Shown here: positions 39,982-51,455 of the stretch, in pieces
How positions within the stretch are numbered: the first letter of the stretch is position 1
Layout of the letters: each line of letters opens with the position of its first letter
Source of the DNA: Epiperipatus broadwayi
Lineage: Eukaryota; Animalia; Onychophora
Assembly: GCA_028023455.1 (NCBI GenBank)
Contig: JAQFVV010000003.1
Span: 24,552,001 to 24,616,000, forward strand
Direction of reading: 5' to 3'
Length of the DNA stretch: 64,000 nt
Position numbers and translations under genes: made by a program
Notes under the pieces: generated by a model
What the model saw: the letters and a program-made list of their open reading frames with translations, nothing else
What the model was told of the DNA's origin: nothing
Databases searched by the model: none

Positions 39982-40390
39982 CAGCGGTCGTCGTCTACTG
40001 GTAGTCTGTTACATAATTTGTCTGCAAAGAAATTCACATATTTAAATTCGCTAAGCTCATTTAATAAAATTTTTAAATGAAAAATAAATTTTGTTTAAGG
40101 TGTATTATTATATCTAAAATAGAATATTATATTGCTAATTGATTTGTTACAAAATACTACTGTGACTTGCAAAACATCTACCTCAAAGGTGTTTAATTAA
40201 CCTCTACTTGGTCAGCAGCATAGAAAAAGTAACAAAATAAGAATACCAAATTCTGTACCATTGACTAGGCATCAAACTTGACTACGACGCTTAAAATTAT
40301 TAATGTATAAATAAATATATGTGTATATTAATTTGTACGTTTAAAAATTATGTTAGTGGTCTGCAATATCTAAAAGGTTGCCGACCACTG
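39982..40390. mobile_element. hAT MITE
   Basis: Ends CAGCGGTCG...CGACCACTG with an 8-bp TSD CTTCACAA at 39974-39981 and 40391-40398. Confidence 0.85.
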
Positions 40391-41235
40391 CTTCACAACT
40401 CTATAATTAGCTGAAGATCACTTTATCAGATCCAATCTCTACATTATGTTTTCTCTCTGAAAAATTTGACACCATTTTATTAATGTTAGTAATTTTTTTA
40501 TTAATATCATGCTTATAATATTCGTTGTTTTATTATTTGATTTCCATGTTGATTGCTCCAGTCTGGATTGCATCATTTATATATTATATTCTGAAGCAAA
40601 GTCTACAGTTTCGTCCTTTTGCTATCATATCAAGTCTTAGCATTCCATTCTTTCATATCTTTATCATTCCTGCATTCACAGAATTATATTATTTCAGTGC
40701 ACCTTTTGTTTTTTAACCTATTACCAATCTTGTACTTATTCATATAGAGAGCATGTAATTTAAAATGAACTATTTTGCCATTGTACTTTTGCCCTGTGTG
40801 TTCAGCAATTAATAAAGGTTCCGGGATTGATTCTCATCTCAGTAGTATATCTAAAAAATAATTACTTCATTGAGATTATACTTTAAGTAATCATGCTATG
40901 TAAATCACTGATGATTTTAGTAATGATACAATCATTATTGGGCTATATTAATAAAATTCTGGTTTTGAGGATTTTGACATTGATTTTTTAATTTAGCAAT
41001 TGATTGTTTGGTGTATGATTGACTAATGTATTGATGATCATTAGATGATCAACTTCATTAACAATATTACTGTGTTCATTGTCCTATCTTGGCCTTCCGG
41101 TACAATGTTGATTGACGTTTACAGATCATGTAAAGGTGCACTCTTTTAAGTTTTTATGTTATGATTGGTTAGTTTATTTTATTGGAGTCTTGACTGATAA
41201 CCATATTAGTCAAATGATAAAATTTTCATTCACAA

Positions 41236-41672
41236 CAGTGGTCGTCGTCGTCGACCACTGGTAGTCTGTGTTATAATTTATCTAACAAAGAAATTTACAT
41301 ATTATTTAAATTCGCTAAACTCATTTAATAAAATTTTTAAATGAAAAATAAATTTTGTTTAAGGTGTATTATTATATGTAAAATAGAACATTTTATTGCT
41401 AATTGATTTGTTGCAAAATACTACTGTGACTTGCAAAACATCTACCTCAAAGGTGTTTAATTAACCCCTACTTGGTCAGCGGCATAGAAAAAGTAACAAA
41501 ATAAGAATACCGAATTCTGTACCATTGACTAGGCATCAAATTTGATTACGACGCTTAAAATTATTAATGTATAAATAAATATATATGTATATCACACCCA
41601 ATGCTCATATTAATTTGTATGTTTAAAAATTATGTTAGTGGTCTGCAATATCTAAAAGGTTGCCGACCACTG
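41236..41672. mobile_element. hAT MITE (duplicated copy)
   Basis: Ends CAGTGGTCG...CGACCACTG with flanks ATTCACAA / CTTCACAA. Confidence 0.85.
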
Positions 41673-43072
41673 CTTCACAACTCTATAATTAGCTAAAGAT
41701 CACTTTATCGGATCCAATCTCTACATTATGTTTTCTCTCTGAAAAGTTTGACACCATTTTATTAATGTTAGTAATTTTTTTATTAATATCCTGCTTATAA
41801 TGTTCGTTGTTTTATTATTTGATTTCCATGTTGTTTGCTCCATTGCATCATTTATATATTATATTCTGAAGCAAAGTCTACAGTTTCATCCTTTTGCTAT
41901 CATATCAAGTCTTAGCATTCCATTCTTTCATAATATATTTATCATTCCTGCATTCACAGAATTATATTATTTCAGTGCACCTTTTGTTTTTTAACCTATT
42001 ACCAATCTTGCACTTAATCATATATGGAGCATGTAATTTAAAATGAACTATTTTGCCATTGTACTTTTGCCCTGTGTGTTCAGCAATTAATAAAGGTTCC
42101 GGGATTGATTCTCACCTCAGTAGTATATATAAAAAAAAATTTTTAAGACTAAATGAACTGAACTAATGAATAGTCATCTTTCCCTAGAACACTCAAATAT
42201 CATGTGACTTATTGAGCAATAAATCATATTACATTTAATCAATCTCCTGATTTCTTGTTTAGAATTAGATCATGTTTTTTTTTTCCTCCAAACAACTTCA
42301 AAGCTGGCATGAAATACTTTATGAAGGTTACATCTTTTTTTTTTTAATGTTAATTCTTAGACACTCGTCTGATTAATTCACTTTATTTCTGTGATGCTGC
42401 TCCATACATATAAAAATAAATACCTTAATTGTATCTATTTCTCTGGAAAAGATACTGCAAAGATAACTCTTACTATTTGCTATAATTCATGAATTTGTTG
42501 AAGATGATTTATCTGCTTCTTCCATCATAAAGATTATAAGTCTATTTCTATCTTTAAAATCATTGATCTTCTCCCTTCGTGTTATATTTGGATATGAGAA
42601 TGGCAAAAAAATTTTTGTATTAAATGTCAGTTACAAAAATATTATTTTCAATTTGTAAGTTGATAATCAAGTGTTGAATATGCATTTATGCTAAACCAGA
42701 AGCAGAAAATAGTGTGATCCAGTAATACATTTTTTTAAACTGACATATCTCTTATTTATAAATAAAATAAAATATTTCTGTTTGTTATGATTCTTTTAAT
42801 TTTTTTTTCAAGTATAACACAATTATCAGAGAAGGTTTAGATAATTTAACTTTCTTGCTTTATAAAAAAAATAAAATATTGTCATGTCCACATGAAATGG
42901 AAAAAAACCCGGAATATCTTACAAACAAGCCATTATTTATTTATCTTTTAAAAATAAGTTGAAAATAAAAAATTAAATTAAAGTTGTAAATGAATATTTA
43001 TTTTTCAAGGAAAAAAAGTTGAAATTATCTCAAAAGTAGACATACAAAGTAAAGTTTAGTCTTAGTTATTCA

Positions 43073-43467
43073 CTAAACATCACACGATCACCATTTCTTA
43101 TGCAAGCACATAACTGTTATTAAACAGGCAAAACTCTCCATACAGTAGTGCCAACCAGAGTAATCAATGGATGCCAGAAGACTTGTGCATAAAATCCCCA
43201 TCCAGTGCGTACTCATCCAATATCCCCAGACTAGTTTCTGGCTTGTGGCTTTTGTCAGTGAGGAGCCATTAGATCCTAAGATCGAGTTGCACTGCTCTCA
43301 GATCCAAGGCTCCTCACGGACGAAAACCACACGCCAGAAACTAGTCTGGGGATATTGGATGAGTAGGCCCTAGATGGGGATTTTATGCACAAGCCTTCTG
43401 GCATCCATTGATTACTCTGGTTGGTACAGGATGGCACTACTGTATGGAGAGTTTTGCCTGTTTAATT
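43073..43467. mobile_element. HHR-family element copy 3 (fold-back, two opposed HHR motifs)
   Basis: 13-bp TSD with one mismatch: TCTTAGTTATTCA (43060-72) and TCTTAATTATTCA (43468-80). Arms of about 145 bp (43120-43268 and 43308-43465) are reverse complements. HHR motifs at 43223-43264 (-) and 43311-43352 (+). Confidence 0.9.
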
Positions 43468-43943
43468 TCTTAATTATTCATATAGAAAATTAGTCTTAAA
43501 ATGATTGATTTACATAATAAGTTTAAAATTAATCACATTTGATTATTCACGGACAAAATTAGATTCTAGAATATGTATAAAACTATATTAATATTTGAAA
43601 GATTATAAATTTTATTTATTTAAAATAATCGTACTTATGTATTAGATCTGTTGTGACATTTGACATATGTACCAGTTCACTGATAACTTTCTTACTTTGC
43701 GATCTTGTCAAATAATGTGTACACAGGAATTTCTGACAAACTTCAGTGATAAATCTTTAAAAACAGATCCCATGTACATGTTATTTCATATTTTTGCAAG
43801 CTTGGAAAGTTATAGGCCAGTCTGATACTATACGAAATGTCATCTTGCAGACTAATACACAAACTTGAAAAAGTATTTGTACACAAAGATAATAAACACA
43901 TTTTGATAATAATTAAAAATAGGTAGTTATGAGTTTTTAATAT

Positions 43944-45480
43944 GGCATTCTGCCATTGCAACCCCCCCCCCCTTCTCCACTGGAGAAAGGTATGGCATTC
44001 TGCCATCGCAAACACAGGCAGCAATTCCTAAATAGTTCTTAAAATTAAAAATGTATATTAATTTTGGCAGGAAATTACAAAATGAACACTAAAGTAAAAT
44101 TAATAACAAAAAGAAAACACTACTTACGCAAAATCAAAAAAACAACAACAAAATCTTCTACATGTATTTATTCACTTAAAATCAAAACATTTTTACCATG
44201 CATATACAACAGGAATTGTTGTGATAAAACAATTGACTGTGTTTCTGCAGAATGCAGAAGCCCTCTTAAACATTACTACTTCATCTCAACTGCATTCTAT
44301 ATAGTGGGCAACAATTGCCAAATTTTAATCACAATACTTACAAATCCAAAATTATAAGTATATTAACTACAAAATGGACAGTAAAGCAAAGAAAAGAAAA
44401 ATACATCTGGTAACTATGGCAGAAAATTACAAAATGGACAGATAAAAAAAAAACCTGTCTGTGGCAGGAATTACAAAATGGAGAGTTACAGCATGTGTTT
44501 ATGATATAAAACGCATGCACAGGATCTTGATTGAGAAATATGTCCAACTAAATTTATTTTGTTAAAAAAAAAAAGGCAAACTTTTATCAAATAAAAAGAA
44601 AAAAAAATATGATGGCAGAAAATTATAAAATGGACAGATAAAAAAAAAACTGTCTGTGACCAGAATCATAATCACATGTGTTTATGCAATACAACATCTT
44701 GATTGAGTAATATATCCAACTAAATTTATTTTGTTAGCAAAAAAAATTAGTAAACTTTTATCAAAACGGAATCACTGTGGTGGACTGATCTTTTTGATAT
44801 TGTCCAGAATGCAAAGGAAAGCGTCATCTTTGTGCAGTCTCTACCACATAAATTCTGCCAAATATGAATTGAGGTGCTGGCGTGCTCATCATCAGTGTTG
44901 TTTATTACACCATTTTGTTGTACCTCAAAGTCTATCTATGTTATGAATGTGAATTCTGGTTTCTGGATAAACAAAGTTGTGTCTATGCTTGACATGAAAT
45001 TGTTTGTATCTGACAGATCATAGTTCCTCAGTTTTATACGCTTTTCAACAATCTGAATAAATTGTCAAGCCTTTTTCCATATTTTATATAATCACTTCCA
45101 TCAGAGTTGCTGCTGTTCTATTCTCAATTGCCACAATGAAACAGTCATTGATCTCTCTGCAGGGCCTCCAAACATCTGTTCCAGAAATATTCGACTTGAT
45201 GTTTTCATTTGCTGAAAAGGTTTTAGTCTATTTTATTGACTTTGTTAGGACTTCTGATTTTATGTTTATATATATGTATAATAAGCAGAAAATAATCAAA
45301 ATTTTGGAATTATAAATTTATCACAGGATTTTGATCCAGAAAAAATTAGGGGAATTTTAGGTTTAAGTAGGGGGGGGTGGGGGGGGGGGGGGGGAAGGGG
45401 GGAAGTTAAGTTTGTCAGAAGTTCTTGTATACACATTATTTGAAGAGATTGCAAGGTTAGAAAGTTAGCGGCAGAATGAC
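43944..45480 (-). mobile_element. Merlin DNA transposon 3 (DDE core remnant, subterminal tandem repeats)
   Basis: Minus strand 44770-45190 reads CREINDCFIVAIENRTAATL...SDC*KAY...HNFVYPETRIH...HLNSYLAEFMW. Tandem TGGCAGAAAATTACAAAATGGACAG units at 44060-44660. Possible TIR GGCATTCTGCC / GGCAGAATGAC, so boundaries are uncertain. Confidence 0.75.
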
Positions 45481-46948
45481 ACTATGTGAAATGCCTCAAC
45501 AGATTACTATAAGTACCAAAGTAACATTTCTCTGAAGGTTGCTTTTTAATTCCAAGAAAGTTCTTTCCATTTTTAAATCATCAGTACCAATACACCTGGA
45601 AAAACAACAGCACTAGGATAGATTACTTCAATGACCAAAAGACTGCATATAAGGGCAGTGAATGAACCAAGGATACCCCCCCCCCCCCCAATAAAATTGT
45701 AAGTAAAAAACAAAACACAAGAGAGAACACATCATGTTGAAGTCACTGATATATTAGTTTATACTTCCTAATCCTAGATCCTATACTCTATTTAATCATG
45801 ATGTAATCTACAAACTAAAATTTGATTCACAACATGGAAAATTGATATATTAGCTAGTTAATAATAAAACAAATGCTTTTATTTATTTTACATAGACAAA
45901 AGTGGAACATTTAATTATTTAACACCTTTATTCTGTGTAGAACAAGTTTCACATTCAAAGAAAGTAATTTTGTTGTCTGTCCTTCATTGCCTTTGATGTG
46001 CAATCAAATTATTTTACTCAGCTCCTCTAGGAGAATTATTTCAGTATTATAAATATGGACATCTAGATTCCACATTTTCACTTGATAATTGTTATGTCAC
46101 ACTTGCAAAATAACTTCCACTTCTTAAATCAAATTAAAAGAAAAATGGAATAACACAATATTTATAAAAACTGTCAAATCTAAAGATTTTATCAGCTTTC
46201 AAAGTGAATAACTTTTACTAATTTATGTGGTCATCTAGATAATATTATGTCCAAAATACAGACCATTCAGATGACTATCAGCTATCAAAAGTTGATTACA
46301 TCTAGCCTGTTTATCATCCAGAAGATAAACTTTTGTTGCTTGAAGCATAGTGATATAAACTATTTCCTACTTACTAGTATAATGCAAATAATTTAAGTAA
46401 TAATAATATTAAAGATTTTTATTATAATACTATTTTAACTTTCCTCTAATTATTTATGACTTTATTAATATTTAACTATTAATTATATAGCATGATTGCT
46501 TTTATTTATTACAAGTAAAATTTATGCAATTTTATTTTGCTTTAATAAATTAATAATGCCTATAATAGAAATTATCTCTTAGATATTGCATGCTTAATGT
46601 AAATTTTTTTTTTTTACATGATAATATTAACTTAGTTTGTCTACAATCGTACTATTTTTATTCTTCTTTCTGCATCTGTCTGTACATCTAGAATCCGAGT
46701 TAGAATATCTGATAAAACTTGAACATTTTTTTTAGGTTTTAATCAGGTATTTTTCTATGTAAATAGAGGGAAAAACAAGAAAGGAAAAACAATGGCACTT
46801 GGCAAGCTTGTTTTTTTTTTCAGTCTTTGCCTTGCAATAGGCTATTTGAAGATTGTTTCTATATTAGAAATATTTATTATAATAATTTAGTATAAGAATT
46901 TTTTTTTCTACAGTACAGGCTTTTTCATAGCTGCACTCTAATATGTAC

Positions 46949-47113
46949 TATATAGGGGTTTTGAACTCAGACTTTCACATGACCTCAACTATCCACGCTA
47001 CTTCGTACTGCTGAAAAACTTGATCATACACATTTCGAGATGTGTATCAACAGTATGAGATTGTGTGGATAGTTGAGGGTTATGTGAAAATCTCAGTTCA
47101 GATCCCCTATATA
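46949..47113. repeat. Small palindromic MITE-like element
   Basis: TATAGGGG..TGAACTCAGACTTTCACATGACCTCAACTATCCAC is inverted as GTGGATAGTTGAGGGTTATGTGAAAATCTCAGTTCAGATCCCCTATA. Confidence 0.7.
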
Positions 47114-47687
47114 TAATAATTTAGATAAAAATGTAAAATATTTAATTTTTTCCTAATTAAATATATAAAAATGTTCTTTGTCCAAGTGTAGATTGAGGTG
47201 ATATTTATTAATATTTATTTTTTAATTTGTTTTAATAATTTATTTTTAAAAAATTTAATACTGTTATTTTTGAATTCATCTTAATAAAATAATCAAATGA
47301 TCATTTATGTAGCAATAAATATTGAAATATCAGAATGATGTATGATTGTGAGATTGCAACTAATTGCAAACTCTTTTCAATAATGATCAGATGTTTTTGC
47401 TTGGTCATATATGATAGATGACTTCTAGCATATTACTCAGAATATATTGCTTATGTTATTATAGTACAATCATTTTCTTCTATTTTTGTAATTCTTTTAA
47501 TTTCTTTTTACAGCTTAAAATTATTATGCTTTGTTATTATATAAATTTAGAAGTCAAATATTTTACTTATATATTAAAATATTAGAGTTTATTGAATATT
47601 CTAGAAGGGACATTTTAATTTAAATTAAAAAAAAAAAAGTTATTATTTTTCTCTGCTGTTATAGATGTATGTATTGTAATATTTAAA

Positions 47688-50259
47688 CCACTAAACATTA
47701 CATGATTACCATTTCTTATGTTTACACAAGCTGTTTGATGTGATATGGTGCACTGTGACTTCTTCTTATACGGAGTCAGGAATCTCTCAGCAACTATGCC
47801 CAGAGAAACCAGTTAGCCACTTAATCTTCCCTTTCCATTCCCAGTTTTCCTATATCCTGCTCCATTCCATTTTCACAACATAATCTTTGTCAACTCCATA
47901 GTTTTTATATCTAAATCCTTCTTTTCCCAAACCCAGCATAAAAAATCAATAACCCACTTTCTGTATAATCACTTTCCTTATATTTATTCTTCCACAACTT
48001 TATTATTTGTATCTTTTCTGCTTTCAGGCATTTACATTCAATTAACAGATGCCTAATATTTTCTATGCCTTTCTTACATATCTTGCAGATTAAATCACCC
48101 ACGTTTTTCCATTTACGTGTATAATCCCCTGTTGCTAAAGATCCTTCCTTGCTATTATCATAAATTAACTCGCACCCAATATTTCGTTTACTTCTATATA
48201 TATTTAAACTCTTTATTCTCCATACTAGATCTCCAACTCCCTATTCTTTATTAATGCATCTATTTTTCTATCTCATTCCTTACCACTGTAACACTCGACA
48301 ATTCTCCTAACACAATCATCCTATCTTGTGTACAATTATACTGACATAAATTCTTTATCTAAATCTTCTGCATACCGCAGTAGCTTTATCACCCATCTTG
48401 TTACCTGCCCTTTATTTATAACCCAATTAAATACTATTTTGGCTATTTTCCCATAAACTGCAATCTACCGAACATTTTCATTTTGCTTTTTGCGTCTCTC
48501 ATATAAAAACTTGACCATCCCATTTCTCCTTGAATTGCCTTCTTTGCTGTCCACACATCTGCATCTAATGCATGTCTTCCTACTTCTCTTTGTACTTTTT
48601 TCAAGGAATCTAATACTCCTTTACTAACACATAACGCATCATTACCATATATTAACCCTACTACTGCCACTCCCATATAATTCTAGCTACATCATATTTA
48701 TTTTATGAAAACTGTTAATTTCTTTATCAATTCCTTTTCTTTGCTTCATTTATCAATTTTTTCTCCCATTCATCCAAGCAGTTTCTCTGATTACTTAATA
48801 CGATTCGTAAATAGTTATATCTGTTCACCGTACTTAACTTTATATCTCCCAATAAAAATTCTTTCTCTTCTCTTTCCCCAGTATTAATCATCATTACTTT
48901 TGATTTTTTTTTACTAAACTTAATCTCCATTTCCTTACCCACCCTGGCACATGTCCTCAGCATAACTACCATATCCTCACTTCTTTCTGCACACAAAAAG
49001 ACATCATCTGCAAATGAAAGACCCGATAATGTATATGGTATCTCTATTCCTCTTCCTAATCTTTCTATTGTTCTCTCCATTTCTCTCAAATACAACAAAA
49101 ACAAAATAGGTGACATAAAGCATCCTTGTCTTAGTCCCAACCCATTTTTAACTTTAACTGATTTTATATTCTCTAATTGATATGTGTAGTAATTATTTTC
49201 ATATAATTTTTTAATAATATTCACTAAAGCTACATTCTCAAATTTATTAAACTTACCCATAATCTATTTCTATTTACTCTATCATGCGCCTTCTCTATAT
49301 CTATAAAAACCATATATAACTGTCTACCTGTGTACCTACTCATATCCATAAGCTGTGTAACTACAAATAAACTATCTCTTTATATGCCTATTCCATCGAA
49401 AACCTCCTTGCATTTCCCCCACTATTATTTTCTTCCATCCATTTTGCAACTCTTCCAGCCATCATATATGAGAAAACTTCATATAAAACTGATATTACTA
49501 CTATCGGTCTATAATTGTTTAACTTTCTATGATCCTTACTCTTTCCTTTAAATAGTAGTCTTACTCTTGTATTATTCCAACTATCCGGAAAATCTTTCTA
49601 TGCTATCTTATTAAAACACGATAATAATTTTACTTTTGCCCTATGCCCTAAATTCATTACCATCTCGGCTGCCCATCCATCTAAACCTCTTGCCTTTCCA
49701 CTTTTCAATTTTTTTCCTGCCTCATTCAGTTTATTTTCTGTAAACCTAATATCCCCATTACTACATGCTTTCATGTTTGCTATCATTCTCTCCTTCTCAT
49801 CTTACACAGAGACTATACAGTAGTACCACCAAGGTAAGCCTGAGAGTAATCAATGGATGCAAGAAGGTTTGTACATGAAATCCCTATTTAGTAGTTTCTC
49901 ATCCAATATCCCCAGATAGTTTTCATCTTGTGGCTTTCATCAGTGAGTTCAGATCTATACAATTATACAAACTGATGAGCTTGAATTGAAAACATTATTG
50001 TGCTTTCATTTTGGACTCAAAGCTTTGTAGTTAGCTAATAAGTAAAAGTGGCTGCTGGAGGGTTGCATTAAATCCTAATATCTATGTGCAGTGCTCTCAG
50101 ATCTAAGACTCAAAACTGATGAAAGCCAAAAGCTGGAAACTAGTCTGGGTATATTGGATGAGTAGGCACTAAATAGAGAGATTTTATGCACAAACCTTTT
50201 TGAAAACTCTGGCTTGCACTGGTGGCACTATTGTATGGAGAGTTTAGTCTCTGTGTGTC
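47688..50259. mobile_element. HHR-family element copy 4 (fold-back) enclosing a 2-kb LINE fragment
   Basis: Perfect 15-bp TSD ATTGTAATATTTAAA at 47673-47687 and 50260-50274. Family tail at 47688-47735, arms at about 49803-49950 and 50100-50259, HHR motifs at 49909-49949 (-) and 50110-50151 (+). Confidence 0.85.
47736..49800 (-). mobile_element. 5'-truncated LINE (RT plus C-terminal CCHC), (CATCA)-type tail
   Basis: GLRQGCFMSPILF and SFADDVFL (48727-49260), IQGEMGWSSF (48443-48676) and CKICKKGIENIRHLLIEC (47911-48102). The 3' end matches copies at 63209-63254 and 63790-63885. Confidence 0.9.
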
Positions 50260-51255
50260 ATTGTAATATTTAAAAGTTAAAAAATAAAACTCTTTTTTGG
50301 GTTTTGCTAAATGAATTCTAATGATTAGGACTGATTGTACAGTCTATATACTACTTGATATTCAAAGTGGGCTATATGAATAACAAAATGGAATATTGGG
50401 ATGGTTAAATTAGGGAAGTTAGATAATATTATTAGAAAATGTAAGATACTGTAAAATGATATATTAAAAAGTGACATAGATTTGGAATAACTACTATTCT
50501 TAAAGTTGAAATAATAATGATTAGAGCCAGAATTTTTTTTGTATGTGGATAAATATTCACATTATAAAAACTTGCAAAAAGGTTGAAATAATTGTTAATG
50601 TGCCAAAAGCACATACTAGTTACTAATAAGTTATCATTGACATTGCAGAGAATACTGATTTACATGAATATATCATTAAGAAGAAACACTGGTGATAATG
50701 CATATTTTCCAAGAAATATGAACAGAAGTTCCTTGTTCAGAATCATAGAATTACTGTATATTTTTACAGATAGTAATATGTTTGAATAATTTTATTATAA
50801 AACATCAAAATCAATATAATAGTCTCCTGACTATGAGTTATCCAAATACTTGTAAAATTTAGGAAAATAAGATTTATATATGAAAAAATATATAGTGGGC
50901 CATTAACATTTTTGTATTATGATTGCTCTTAGACTTAAATGAACAAATTCTATAAATATTTTTTTTTTCTTTTGTTGAATTACAAGATTGTCTATAATAA
51001 TGTCAGTAATTGCAAAAACGTAACTAAAAAATTAATAGTGTATTACAACTGAATAAATATTTGATCATTGGTGCGAGAAAAAATTGAGGGAATTATTTTT
51101 ACTGTATGATTAAAACTGCATATATGTTTATATGTATGCATCTTCTTTCATATATATTTAGTATTAAAACTAATTTTTTAATTATATTTATATATTTACA
51201 ACACTATTTATAAAAAAGTAATATGTAGTTAATCATAATTTTTTCATTTATTAAG

Positions 51256-51455
51256 GATGATACTTCTTCAGATCCTTTTTCAACTGCTACAAGTCCTATT
51301 CGTACGCCTCGTAGAAGTAGTCGAGGAGATCCTGTTACATCTAGTCCTGGTCGTGATTTACCTCCTTTTGCAGATGAATCAGAACTGCTTGGAGATGAGC
51401 GTGAGCCAGAAGAAGAGGAAGAAGGCGAAGAACTATTTGGTGATAATTTAGAAGC
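51256..51455 (+). CDS. MCM2: MCM2 coding exon 2
   Basis: AG acceptor at 51254-55. Reads [66 protein letters not shown](A), matching the MCM2 [11 protein letters not shown] and EELxGD motifs. GTAAGG donor at 51456, phase 2. Confidence 0.95.

Larger units (their letters stand above)
39586..42135. repeat. Tandem duplication, 2 x about 1275 bp
   Basis: ATTACTTCATTGAGATTATAC starts at 39586 and 40861. The units are collinear with scattered differences, and each contains the same hAT MITE. Confidence 0.95.

Noticed and set aside
43116-43465. TTAA at both arm ends suggesting a piggyBac or Kolobok MITE
   Set aside because: The family sequence extends about 50 nt beyond TTAA, and the real TSDs are 13-15 bp and variable.
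45368-45405. G-rich run with G-quadruplex potential
   Set aside because: It is a homopolymer tract in a transposon subterminus and its length is unreliable.
45515-45600. Candidate minus-strand exon (CIGTDDLKMERTFLELKSNLQRNVTL) with a good acceptor
   Set aside because: The donor (GTACTT) is weak, there are no partner exons and no recognisable homology.
49972-50000. CTGATGAGCTTGAATTGAAAAC as a third HHR in copy 4
   Set aside because: No convincing helix I, II or III, and the homologous site near 24920 lacks the core.
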